64,000 bases of DNA from Octopus sinensis (taxonomy: Eukaryota): assembly GCF_006345805.1 (NCBI RefSeq), contig NC_042998.1, positions 71,114,001 to 71,178,000 on the forward strand, in the 5' to 3' direction. This document shows, piece after piece, positions 26,279-39,017 of the stretch (positions within the stretch are counted from its first letter, which is position 1; each line of letters starts with the position of its first letter). The position numbers were made by a program, and so were the translations under genes. The notes under the pieces are model-generated. The model did not search any database and was not told where the DNA came from. It worked only from the letters and a program-made list of their open reading frames with translations.

Positions 26279-26279
<1 letters not shown>
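26090..26279 (+). mobile_element. Helitron-type 3' end (non-autonomous; 5' boundary not defined)
   Basis: GC hairpin CCCGAGCAACGCCGGG, then an 8-nt spacer, CTAG (26276-26279), T and (TA)n. This is the canonical Helitron 3' signature. Confidence 0.65.
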
Positions 26280-26335
<56 letters not shown>

Positions 26336-26999
26336 ATATATATACACGCACAACAAAAGATGATTCTTATAGGAGTTTCTTAAAAGCGGTTTTCAAACTA
26401 ATATTTTAGAGTTTGTCATTCACTGTTTAAGTAGGGAGTGTTTAATTACAAATATACATACAAACAACAACACCCACTCACTCTCTCATATACATACATA
26501 TACATAGAAGGGCAACTAAAGTTTGCCTACACGGTTTATATTGCCACACACACACATATATTAATACATACGCTTATACACGACAGTCATAAAACATAGG
26601 ACCGTACACATATAGTGAAACACATATGTTCGTGACCATATTGGCAAGTAGACATTCTTGCAGGTAGCTTTGTCATTAGCAGGGCTTTATAGAACAATTT
26701 CATAGCAAAATTACCACACCAAAGAATTCCATTTTTTAAATACTTGATCTACTTAATCCCCACCCCCGTTTTTTTTTCTAAATGCATACGTGTTTATGTG
26801 TGTATGTAAGTGTACATATATACATGATACTATGATAATACTTTTATCGTGACTTTAATTTTCTTTGATAAAAAAAGGGTTTTGTGCTTTTACTTTTTTC
26901 ATAAATGTATACGCACATTTGCATTTTGTATTTTTGGCGATTTAATAAGTGTTTTGACTGTTACTTCAAGCCGGTAGACATACTTAGTATGTCCTTTGA

Positions 27000-27076
<77 letters not shown>

Positions 27077-27118
27077 TATATATATAATATATTATATATA
27101 TGTATATATATATATATA

Positions 27119-27159
<41 letters not shown>

Positions 27160-28408
27160 TAATAGTTATCGCCATACTATATGGCATTCTTATAAAAATA
27201 AGAAAAAAGCTGTCGCTTATTAGCTCCATGAGGCCATCGCCTTAAGTTAGCTATTTGATACACAAACTGTATCCATATAACCTTCGAACAAGGGAGGTCA
27301 GTCGCTCCACACTACTTGACCGCAGCTACAGACGCAATGCAGCGTGCCAGCCAGTAGGTGTCGCTTCCGACAATCTCTGTTCGATGGTTTTATTTACCTA
27401 GTTTCGGTGGAATACATCCACTTTTTCAATAATAGAAATATTTAGTCTCTCTAAAAGAGAACAGCGGCAGCGTTCCCGGAAAATAATAGTTATATCGCCA
27501 TACTAATATGGCATTCTTATAAAAAAAGAAAAAAAGTTGTCCGCTTATTAGCTCCATGAGGCCATCGCCTTAAGTTAGCTATTTGATACACAAACTGTAT
27601 CCATATAACCTTCGAACAAGGGCGGTCAGTCGCTCCACACTACTTGACCGGCAGCTACAGACGCAATGCAGCGTAGCCAGCCAGTAGGTGTCGCTTCCGA
27701 CAATCTCTGTTCGATGGTTTTATTTACCTAGTTTCGGTGGAATACATCCACTTGTTTTCAATAATAGAAATATTTAAGTCTCTCTAAAAGAGAACAGCGG
27801 CAGCGTTCCCGGAAAATAATAGTTATCGCCATACTAATATGGCATTCTTATAAAAATAAGAAAAAAGCTGTCCGCTTATTAGCTCCATGAGGCCATCGCC
27901 TTAAGTTAGCTATTTGATACACAAACTGTATCCATATAACCTTCGAACAAGGGAGGTCAGTCGCTCCACACTACTTGACCGGCAGCTACAGACGCAATGC
28001 AGCGTAGCCAGCCAGTAGGTGTCGCTTCCGACAATCTCTGTTCGATGGTTTTATTTACCTAGTTTCGGTGGAATACATCCACTTGTTTTCAATAATAGAA
28101 ATATTTAAGTCTCTCTAAAAGAGAACAGCGGCAGCGTTCCCGGAAAATAATAGTTATCGCCATACTAATATGGCATTCTTATAAAAATAAGAAAAAAAGC
28201 TGTCCGCTTATTAGCTCCATGAGGCCATCGCCTTAAGTTAGCTATTTGCGTATCAAATAGCTAACTTAAGGCGATGGCCTCATGGAGCTAATAAGCGGAC
28301 AGCTTTTTTTCTTATTTTATAAGAATGCCATATTAGTATGGCGATAACTATTATTTTCCGGGAACGCTGCCGCTGTTCTCTTTTAGAGAGACTTAAATAT
28401 TTCTATTA
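27160..28408. repeat. Tandem array of a ~330-bp unit (3 full + 1 partial) followed by a ~155-bp fold-back, flanked by (TA)n
   Basis: Units start at 27160, 27484, 27817 and 28148. The sequence turns back at ~28250 and mirrors ~28093-28248 up to 28408. Confidence 0.95.
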
Positions 28409-28427
28409 TATATATATATATATATAC

Positions 28428-28548
<121 letters not shown>

Positions 28549-28730
28549 AAGGTTTGGAGATGATGTACAGGTATTTTATATTAGAAGGAATGAGGTACCT
28601 CAGAAATTCGGATGATTTTATATTTACAGATATTTATTTGTATATTACATGTTTTTATACATCATATATCATATATCATATATTATCGCTTTCTTGTGGA
28701 GTTTTCAATTGAATATATATATACATATAT

Positions 28731-28897
28731 ATAGGTGTCGTGTACAGCTAAATAAGTGCTAGGGACAGACCATGGTTAAGCTCCAGATTCTATAATGATG
28801 AAGGGATATATAAAATATCCCGGAAACAGCTGTAAGACATTTTCTTTAGTTCTAAAACTGTTTACAGCCTTGGATTTTTGATCTCATTCTGTCAATT

Positions 28898-28900
<3 letters not shown>
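28731..28900 (+). mobile_element. Short microsatellite-flanked element with a hammerhead-like motif
   Basis: ATGATGA-A-GGGATAT-ataaa-ATATCCC-GGAAACAGCTGTA-AGA at 28795-28837, between (TA)n and (TATC)n. Confidence 0.55.
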
Positions 28901-28972
<72 letters not shown>

Positions 28973-29556
28973 CATACAGATATATATACGTATATATGTG
29001 TTTGTATGTGTATAAATGTATGTGAATGAACAGATGTATGTGGTTGTTGCTTCACCGCGTGTGTATATATGTACAGTCCTATGATCTAGTGTGTATGTGT
29101 GTGTTGGTGTTTGCGTGGGTGCATGTTTGTAATTAAACACTCCCTATTTAAACAGTGAATAACAAACACTGAAAAGCGCTTTCAAGCGATGAACTCCTAT
29201 CAGTATCACCTATTGTAAACACCTAATGACTTATAAACGTCTAATTACTAAAGTGGAAACATTATCAGAAAAGAAAAGCTATTTGTATTCAATATATATA
29301 TACAGCTGCGTGCAATATCAAACGTATTGGCAAAATTTAGGTCGTCACTGATTATGACCGTGTTCTACAAGCACATATATTGCTAGAAATAAGAGTTCAG
29401 GCACTTATAGCTGTAAAAGCATATTTATATATACTGACAAGGTAGATAACTTCTCAATGAGCAAAACAAAGATAGAATACTGGACTTCACAGTTTCTTCC
29501 TAATGGGAGTTGAGAAAAGTCGCCTCCATTGCCTTCACCAAACAGCTAATTCTCTC

Positions 29557-29604
<48 letters not shown>

Positions 29605-29613
29605 TATATATAT

Positions 29614-29700
<87 letters not shown>

Positions 29701-29735
29701 TATATATATATATTTGTAAAAAATGAAGTTCGAAA

Positions 29736-32668
29736 ATGCTGCTATATTATACAATTTTTAATTTTTATATATACATTATAACATGTTTCAGTAAATCAAA
29801 ACCAAATACCAACAGAACGGAACAACCACCAAGAAATCCTAACACACTCTACACCAGAAAAGTACACCTAAAACACACCCCACACTACCTAAAACACACC
29901 CCACACTACCTACACCAACCCCAAAACACCTACAGAGGCCCACCACACCAGTTCGAAAATAGACATACCAACAGAGCAGAACAACCACCAAGAAATCCAA
30001 ACACACTCTACACCAGAAAAATACATTTAAAACGCACCCCACACTACCTACACCAACCCCAAAACACTTACAGGGTCGAACCACACCATTCCACGAACCT
30101 AAGAGCCACAACATACAATACTATAAAATACAATCCACATAACCAAACCAAAACGCTACTACCAAACATCCACCCCAGGAACCAACCATACAACCATAAC
30201 AAACAACAAATGCACTACGGAGGAAACAACTACCAACACAATATACCTGATGAACTAAGATGGAACACTAGGTACAACAACACACTCCAGAACAGAGCAC
30301 CACAAACTCACTCTGACAATTATAACAACATGAGACAGATAAATAGTAGTTTTGAACATAACTACACCAACCATTTTTTAGACCTTACACACAGGAACAG
30401 GGACACACGATGGCAAAGGACAAACAAAAGAAACCTCAGGTAATTAAGATAATCAATCTCTCAAATAAAGAACTTACACCTAACGAAATAAGCATACTCT
30501 CCAAAGGACTTAAATTTACACCTACCCCACAACGTTCTAATTACTATGAAATGAAAGATGATATTTCGGAATTCTGCAGAAAACTAAGACTCACCGAGGC
30601 ATTTCAAGACAAACAAATAGAGGAGGACTCAATAGCTAGAAACAAGAGCAATTACACCCCCACCATAACTAATTTCCCGTTTCAATTCATCAAGAAACAA
30701 AAACACAACCCTAACTTCAACAAAAGAGAATGGAACGACCTCATCAAACTAAGAGAAGACAAAACAATAACAATTAAGGAGGCAGATAAGGGCAACGCGA
30801 TAGTAATAATGAATACAAACGATGATAAAAATTTAGTGCTATCCCTATTAAGAGATGAAACGTATTACGAAAGGGCCCAACAGTATAATCAGCAAAAAAT
30901 AATGCATAACCTTAGGACATTAATCAACACATACCAAGAAGGACTCACGAACAAGGAGTATGAATACATCACTAACTTCAAATGCAAATCGAGTTTGTTC
31001 TATGGTATCCCTAAGGTACACAAAAGCCAAATAATTAGAGAAACGTGCAAAACATCCACCGACATACTCATCAAAATCCCTTCACCAAATGATCTTAAAC
31101 TAAGACCGATAATAGCAGGCCAGCATGTGAAACTCACCGCCTCAGCAATTCTTAGACAAACTTCTTAAACCTTTCCTAAAACACATCAAAAGCTACGTAA
31201 GAGACGATATAGATATGCTCAACCACCTCCCTAAAACAGTCAATGAGAAAACCCTTCTAGTATCATTCGACGTAGTTAATCTTTATTCTAACATCCCTCA
31301 CAACCTAGGAATAGAAGCGATCACCTTCTGGCTGAATAACTACCCCTTTGAACTCCCAACTCGCATAAACAAAGACCTTATAATAGAAGGACTTAGATTT
31401 ATTTTAGAGAACAATTATTTTATTTTTGACAATGATTTCAACAGACAAAGATCGGGAACAGCGATGGGCACGCGTACTGCACCATCTTTTGCCAACCTAG
31501 TGATGGGATACCTCGAGAAAATACTCTACCGGATAACACTCGAGAAATATGGAAACACCTTCGCCACCTATATACATAACAACTGGAAAAGATACCTCGA
31601 TGACTGTTTCATCATCTGGGACAAAGGTATAGAGAAACTTGAGGAATTTAAAATACTATTAAATGTAAAAAAAATAACAATATACAATTCACGATGGATC
31701 ACAACGAAAAAGAATTACCATTTTTAGACATCCTCATTAAGAAAACCGGCAACAAAATAGAGACAGATATCTACTATAAACCGACAGACTCCAAACAGTA
31801 CCTACCCTTTGATTCATGCCACCCACGACACACTAGAATGAATGTCCCTTTTTGTTTAGCTAGAAGGATTTGCACCATAATATCAGACACAAACACCCGA
31901 CACACACGTCTCCAGGAACTTAGAACCACACTCACAAATAGAAACTATCCACAGCCCCTAATAGGCAGTGCAATACAACGGGTACTTAAATTAAGTATAG
32001 AAGACCTGAGACAAACAAAACCAAAAAAGAAAGAACAATTAAAAACCCTTCCCTACATCTCTACACACAACCCACTCAACAATGAGGCCTTCAACACCAT
32101 ACTACAAAGCACAGCCCTACTAAAGGGAGACCCAAAGGTGAACCGGATCCTCGAAACACACACCATCATTAAAAGTAAACGGCAACCAAAATCCTTGAAA
32201 AGGATTTTAACCCAAGCTACACTGCACTCAACATCAACCACAAAACCAGCAGTTAGAAAATGTGGAAGACCCAACTGCGGAATCTGTGTCATCTTGAGAG
32301 AAGGATCAGAATTTATACTGGAACAAGGCCACCAGTTCACCATTAGAACAAACTTCACCTGCGCATCAGAAAACTTAATTTACGTCATAATATGCGCAGG
32401 CTGCAATAGGCAGTATATAGGCCATACAAAAAATATCTTACGTAACAGGATGGTGGTGCATAAATCACAAATTAGAAACCCTGATTACCGGAAAATACCG
32501 GTCAGCGGACACATAGATAGATGTGCTGGAAATGTAAATCCGAAATTTACAACTAACCCGCTCTATAAATTCAGTGACAACGCAACCTTCACGCAACGCC
32601 AAAATAAAGAACTGTATTTCATAAAAAAATATAGACCAAGTTTAAACACCCTGGGCCAGGAATATTAA
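29736..32668 (+). pseudogene. Penelope RT-GIY-YIG polyprotein split over four frames (29736-30443, 30410-31168, 31215-31727, 31694-32668)
   Basis: PLE-type 'LSKGLKFTPTP', 'IKEADKGNAIVIM', 'FYGIPKVHK', 'LVSFDVVNLYSNIP', 'QRSGTAMGTRTAPSFANLVMG', 'WKRYLDDCF', 'LPFLD'. Cys/His knuckle 'CGRPNCGIC' and GIY-YIG-like 'NLIYVIICAGCNRQYIGHT'. Confidence 0.92.
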
Positions 32669-32854
32669 AACAAAAGATAGGTCCTCCGAAAAGGAGAAGC
32701 AAAATTCCACCACTGCCGCTACCTTAAACAGTCACTAGCACTGACGGAAATATGCCTTAGGAAAAAGGAAAAAAATTTATAAAAAGATTTCTTCGTACAA
32801 ATCTAACCCTGATGGACTGACCACATACGATACAGCTAAGGGTCAGACCCGATT

Positions 32855-33250
32855 CTGATTGGTCAACACGTTGATGACGTCTAATTCTGCTAGACTGGAC
32901 AGGATACAGACAAGGGGCAGAGATTAGTCAGAATATTGATGACGTCCTTTTCTGCTTGACTAGTCACCTAACAAGATACAGATAAGGGGCAGACCTAATA
33001 CAGCTATAAGTCGTGATTGGTCAGAATTTTGATGACGTCCCGTTCTGCATGACTAAGCCACCTAACGAAACGATTGGTCAAAACAGGAAACAGACAAGAG
33101 GTAGTTATAATACAGCGATAGGTCACGATTGGTCAGAATGTTGATGACGTCCCGTTCTGCTTGACTAAGCCACCTAACGAAACGATTGGTCAAAACGTTG
33201 ATGACGTCACGCTACGCTGGACTGACCATCTAACAGGTGTTATAAAACCC
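32855..33250 (+). promoter_or_regulatory. Putative Pol II promoter in the Penelope terminal repeat: 5x ATTGG-N9-TGATGACGTC plus TATA box
   Basis: ATTGG (one ATTAG) at 32858, 32923, 33016, 33128 and 33185, each followed 9 nt later by TGATGACGTC. Perfect CRE TGACGTCA at 33202-33209 and TATAAAA at 33241. Confidence 0.55.
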
Positions 33251-33741
33251 GAACAATTCACAAGATTCGCCAGAATCATCCAGCGAACACCCACCATTAG
33301 TCATCACAGTTGCTCAAGGTAAAAATGAATTCCTCGCTCTTTCAGGAACATCATTTTTTTATATTGACTGCATTCCACCACTTTGATCTATTTTTTATAT
33401 ATCACCACCACGAACCACTGCATCATACACTTTAAACATATAGCATGAACGAACTCACTTCAAACTATATATGAACTTTATGATGTCTGACTCCATTGTG
33501 TATTATAAATGAATTTCTTATATTTGATAGCATGAACTATCTTTTTTTATATATAACTTTTTTTGATAAGGTTCATTTCAGGAACTGAAACATGTTATAA
33601 TGTATATATAAAAATTAAAAATTGTATAATATATTGCAGCATTTTCGAACTTCATTTTTTACAAATATATACCTACTCGTATACGAGCTAATCCTATTAT
33701 ATATATATATATATCAATATATATATATATTTATATATATA

Positions 33742-33790
<49 letters not shown>

Positions 33791-33857
33791 ATATAATATA
33801 TATATATTATATATATATATATATGTATACATATATATACATATATATATATATACA

Positions 33858-33985
33858 AACACGTTACGGGTGCACGTGTTTGTGGAGTGCTCAGCCACTT
33901 ACACGTTAATTTCACGAGCAGGCTGTTCCGTTGATTCGGATCAACCGGAAGCCTCATCGTCGTAACCGACGGAGTGCTTCCACAA
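33858..33985 (+). mobile_element. SINE family C, 3' part
   Basis: 'tttgtggagtgctcagccacttacacgttaatttcacgagcaggctgttcc...cgtcgtaaccgac' matches 62915-63008. Confidence 0.75.
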
Positions 33986-35022
33986 TGAAAAGAAAACAAA
34001 CGAAGCAGATATTCTAGAAATTTCTGAAATGAGATAGACTGTTTTTGACTGGTTCAACCATGAATGTTTCACTGCTTTATTCTCATGAAAAGAAAAGGAT
34101 CAAACGCATGGTGTAGGCATAATTTTGAGTAAAACTCAGCAGCAAGGCTTACTCGATTGGAACACGTTTTATGAGGGTATCATCACTTCTCAACTAAACG
34201 TACCAATCCTAAAGCCTTCTATCATCCAAATCTATGCAGCAACTAATAGAGGCAGCACGGATCAAAATCACAAAAATTTCTAAACCACTCTACAGAATTT
34301 TATGAACCTGATGCCGAATTATGATAATAAGATTCTTATCGGGGAATTTAATGCACAGCTCGATGAACTGAGAAACGATTATGAATCAGTAATTGGACGA
34401 TTCTTGATGGTGTCCGGAATCAAAGTGGAGAACTATTGATCGATTTCTATGCATTTAACAATGTATGCTTTATCAATTCACATTTCAAACAAAGGAATTC
34501 ATAAATATACATAGACTGCACCTGATTATAGACCTTCAAATGAAATAGACCGTTTTTATATTAGTAAGAGATGAATGTCTGCTGTGCAGAATGATAAAAT
34601 ATATAGCGGTGCAGACACTTCAGATAACCAATTTGTTATTGGCAAACTCAAATCGTTGAAGACAACGAAGCTCGGTGGGATATATACTAAATATCCATCA
34701 AAGAAATTGTAGAGATCCCCCTGGGGAAAAAACAAGAGGCAGCCAAAAAGAAGCTTGAAGATCACCTGACAGCTGGAATCTAATTGATTGAATGAAAATA
34801 CTGTAAAGAAAGGACAAAGCAAGGTATACTGATAATTTTATCCATTATCTTTTATATGTTACTTGTTTCACAATGAAAAGTTATTAGTCGAACGAACCGA
34901 CACCTGCACGTTTTTTAAAGTCTGGTTCTTATTGTGTCGTCTCCTTTTGCTAAGCTATGGAGACATAAACACATCAACACTGGTTGTTAAAGTGGTGGCG
35001 CTACAAACACGAACACACACAG

Positions 35023-35172
35023 CAGGTTTCTTTCAGTTTGCGTCTATCAAATACACTCACTAGGCTTTGGTCGGCCTAAGGCTACTGTAGAGACACATTG
35101 CCTAAAATGCCACGCTGTGAGACTGGACCTGGTACCATGTGGTTGGGAAGCAAACTTCTTACCGCACAGCGT
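35023..35172 (-). mobile_element. SINE family B, 5' half
   Basis: Reverse-complement homolog of 51081-51240. Confidence 0.8.
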
Positions 35173-35177
35173 GAATA

Positions 35178-35562
35178 ATCTTTTCTACTCTAGTCACGAG
35201 GTCCGAAATTTTGGGGGAGAGGGCCAGTCGATTACGTAACTGGTACTTAATTTATCGACTCCGAAAGGATAAAAGGCAAAGTCGACCTCGGCGGAATTTG
35301 AATTTAGAACGTAAAGACAGACGAAATACCTATTTCTTTACTACCCATAAGGGGATAAACACAGAGGGGACAAACAAGGACAGACAAAGGGATTAATTCG
35401 ATTATATCGACGCCAGTGCGTAACTGTTACTTAATTTATCGACCTCGAAAAGATGAAGGGCAAAGTCGACCTCCGCGGAATTTGAACTCAGAACGTAACG
35501 GCAGACGAAGTATAGCTACGCATTTCGCCCGGCGTGCTAACGTTTCTGTCAGCTCGCCGCCT
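35178..35562 (-). mobile_element. SINE family A dimer (full module plus 5'-truncated module with alternative tail)
   Basis: Same module junction (TAAAGAAATAG|GTATTTCGTCTGT) as at 20450-20473. Confidence 0.85.
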
Positions 35563-37899
35563 TAATTCATCGTGAATATTACAATACTTATAAAGAAGTA
35601 AAACATATCCGAAAGATTGACATAGAAATCTGGCTATTGAAAATTATAAGAAGCTCCACAGAAGCAGCTGGCAAAATTCATAGAAGAACATTGTATAGAT
35701 TATGTCTGGTGTATATATATAAATGCATAACTGTCGAGGAATTTGCAGCATGTAGAAATAAGACTAACAAACATAAGAAAGACAAAAATGTTTTAGTAAT
35801 AACGAAGACATTCAGAACAGTTTGAAAGAAAATTTTGAAGGACAGTTCAACTATTTGTTAACTCAAAATGCAGCAGTAGCAATATCATTGCCGTTAATGC
35901 CAGTCCCATAGAAAGAACGGCGATTCTTGGGCCAATGAATCATTTAAAGAGCTACTGTTCCTTAATACTGCTAGTTAAGATGAAATTAGGGTTGAATTAT
36001 TGAAACATAGAAGTCCAGCTATGAATTTTTAGCACCTCTATCTTTTCGACAATATTTTTGAAACTGACTGTAAGCCTGAAAATTGGAGACACGGAACCAT
36101 CGGTAAGTTGGCTGAAACTCTCAGTGTAATAACAGAATGAATATCAGCAAGCTTATGCTTAGGCTTACGTTTACCCGAACATAAGATACATCCAATCGTT
36201 TTCCTAATTTATTATCGGAAGAGAGACAAAAAGTGTATTGTTAAGATTGTAAATAGATTTTTAAATTGAGAATCTTTGGAGAGGATTCAATATAAATAAG
36301 AAAGTAATTGTATTTATTAACTTCTGTGCTGTCATATCTTCTGAACAGGATCTGACAAACAAACAATAATTCTTCAGTCATAAACAGAAAGTAAATACAA
36401 AATATTCATATGACGTATTTTAAAATTCTCTAAATAATTTCAAATGTGACACTGTACCTATGGTTATTCTATAGCTGTAAATCATCCTCCATTCAACAGA
36501 GTTATGATTAAAGACTTTCTGCTGTGACCATTATTTCTTTTTAGTAATATAGAGAATTACATTATTCTCTCATTGTAGATGTTAGACTTTGATATGAGGG
36601 AAATTAGATGCTATTTTTAGCAGGTTGCTCAGATGAGAATATCATTACTATAAAGATAAGTGTCATAGTGATGGTGGGTAAAGGATAGTGGTAGCGGGGT
36701 TGTACAATAAGTACTTTTGCGTGGTTGACTAATATATTCCTTCTGTCGAACAATAAAACATCTCGTTTGTCAATGTTGGAATTTTGAACATAAAAATAAC
36801 CATTACTTTCAAAGATTATCTTTCTTTAATACGCTGGTTGCTAAGGAATGGAACTGATAGAAATTGCTAGAATAAAAGATTGTTAATTATTGTTTTCGTT
36901 AATCTTATTATGCATTTGAGTGACAATAAGTGACGGCCGAAAGGTCACTCATTATTGTGGGGCCAGAGATCAAACCTGAACGTTTCCATGGAAATTTTTA
37001 ATTATACATCGAATCGATACATGTGATATAACCGGTTAGAGAGCGAACATCACGTTGCAATTTCGAGTGATTTTCTTTTCCTTAAAAAATTTCTATTCTT
37101 CATTTCATTGGTGACATTAGTTACTGAATTTTCATTTAATTTTCATCCCGATGCAAAAGCTGACCCTGAAATATATTTTGAAATAAATTAACAGAAAATA
37201 TCATCTTCAGCAGGAAGAAAAGAAAACAAAAAAACAAAAATAAAGTAAAAGTTAAGTTTCGTTAATGCCTTCATTATATTCCCGAATGAAAATCAATTCT
37301 AATAAAGTAGGGTCAGGAAATGATACAAATTAATTATCAATCCAAACCGAAATATATTAATTCCGCTGGGGAAAACAAAACGATTTGCTCTCAGATATAG
37401 ATACGTGAAAAGTTGATAATTGTCTTGTTCTTTATATTCTTCATGTTCATGTTTGATAAATTTAATAAAGATTGTTAAGAGGAAAAATCATCATCGAAGG
37501 ATAAGGCCAAATTTGGCATTTTTTATTGATTACTCTGCGTTATAATAATGAAATTAGCAAATTTATGGACACATAACAGTAACAACAAAAACAGCATGGG
37601 AATAACAACAACATATGGAAAATATTTAGATTCGAAGATACAATGGTAGGAGGGGAACATTGTAAATGATAGCAAAAAGGGAAAGGGTAAGACAAAGTGA
37701 GCGAGAAAAATAAAGAGATATAAAGAGAATGAGAAAGAAAAAGAGAAAGAAAAAGGAGGGGAATTGATATAAATGAATACAGAAATAGAAAAAGAAACCG
37801 TAGAGGATAGAGACGAAGGAAAACAGAAAAAGTTAGGGAGGTGGGTATAGAAATAAATATAGAAAGATAAAAAAATAGAAAAACAGAAAGATATAAACA

Positions 37900-38260
37900 C
37901 ACACACATACTCAAAGACAGAACGAGAGAGGGAGTGAGAGAGAGTGAGAGAGAGATAGAGAGAGCGAGAGAGAGAAACAGAAGGAAACAGTGGTGCATAG
38001 GTATGCAGAGGACAACAGGATAACTGAACAGAGATTGAGGAATGAGAGAATTAGAGAAAACAGTGAACCATACACATACATATACACAGAGAAAGAACGA
38101 GCGAGCGAGAGAGAGAAGAGAGAGAGAGAGAGAAAGAGAGAGGGAGAGAAGGAGAGAGAATCAGACAGAGAGAAAAGGAGTAAGAGGCATGAGAGATAAA
38201 GAGATAGATAAAATAAGGGAAAAGATGCATAGGAAAACAAGCGAAAGAAAGAAATTAATT

Positions 38261-38297
<37 letters not shown>

Positions 38298-38330
38298 TAA
38301 AGAAAGAGACAGAGACAGAGAGATGGGACG
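37900..38330. repeat. GA-rich low-complexity tract / (GA)n
   Basis: Seen directly in the sequence. Confidence 0.9.
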
Positions 38331-38724
38331 GCGAGAGATTGGGTACATATTCAAAGTTAGATTCACTGGGGAAAATAGAAAAATCACTTCATAAATAGAA
38401 AGCATTCGAGAATGTAATGTGGAAGAAAAGAAGAAAATAAGAAAAGTAATTTTAAAATTAGTTTTAATAACATTAAGTGTAATTTCAGGTAAAAATATGA
38501 CAACTTTCAGACATTACATTAATGTGTGGCTATTTATTTGATACTTTAGAAAATCATAAAATAGCGATCATCAGAAAAGAATCCGACATTGACAGCAACT
38601 CATCCACGATACATGCATGCGTACATACATGAAAAATATGGACATATTTGTGTATGCATAAACATTCCTACATAAATGTAAGCACATTTATGAATGTACA
38701 TTTGTGAGTTTCCATATATAAATA

Positions 38725-38772
38725 GACATACATGCATACATACATACATACATACATACATACATACATACA

Positions 38773-38806
<34 letters not shown>

Positions 38807-38824
38807 CATATATACATACACATG

Positions 38825-38876
<52 letters not shown>

Positions 38877-38956
38877 AATTTACATTGTTATTTATACGTG
38901 AGCACACTTGTTCATGTATATGTTACTGTCATAGACGATACATATATGCGTGTGCC

Positions 38957-39017
<61 letters not shown>

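Larger units (their letters stand above)
29707..33670 (+). mobile_element. Penelope-like retroelement, frameshifted, with 3' pseudo-LTR and inverted 5' terminal copy, inserted in (TA)n
   Basis: RT and GIY-YIG motifs. 29707-29791 is the reverse complement of 33585-33670. (TA)n tracts lie on both sides (29560-29712, ~33700-33855). Confidence 0.92.
34000..36150 (+). mobile_element. Decayed RTE-clade LINE (APE endonuclease and downstream remnants), interrupted by SINEs at 35020-35565
   Basis: Manual translation with stops gives 'ILEISEMR*', 'HGVGIIL', 'IIQIYAAT', 'ILIGEFNA' and 'T*TAPD..SNEIDRFYISKR*MSAV...SGAD', the APE motif series typical of RTE. The part after 35570 is weaker. Confidence 0.65.

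Noticed and set aside
27160-28408. Regular repeats that might be taken for a CRISPR array
   Set aside because: The whole ~330-bp unit repeats, with no unique spacers, no cas genes and a eukaryotic context.
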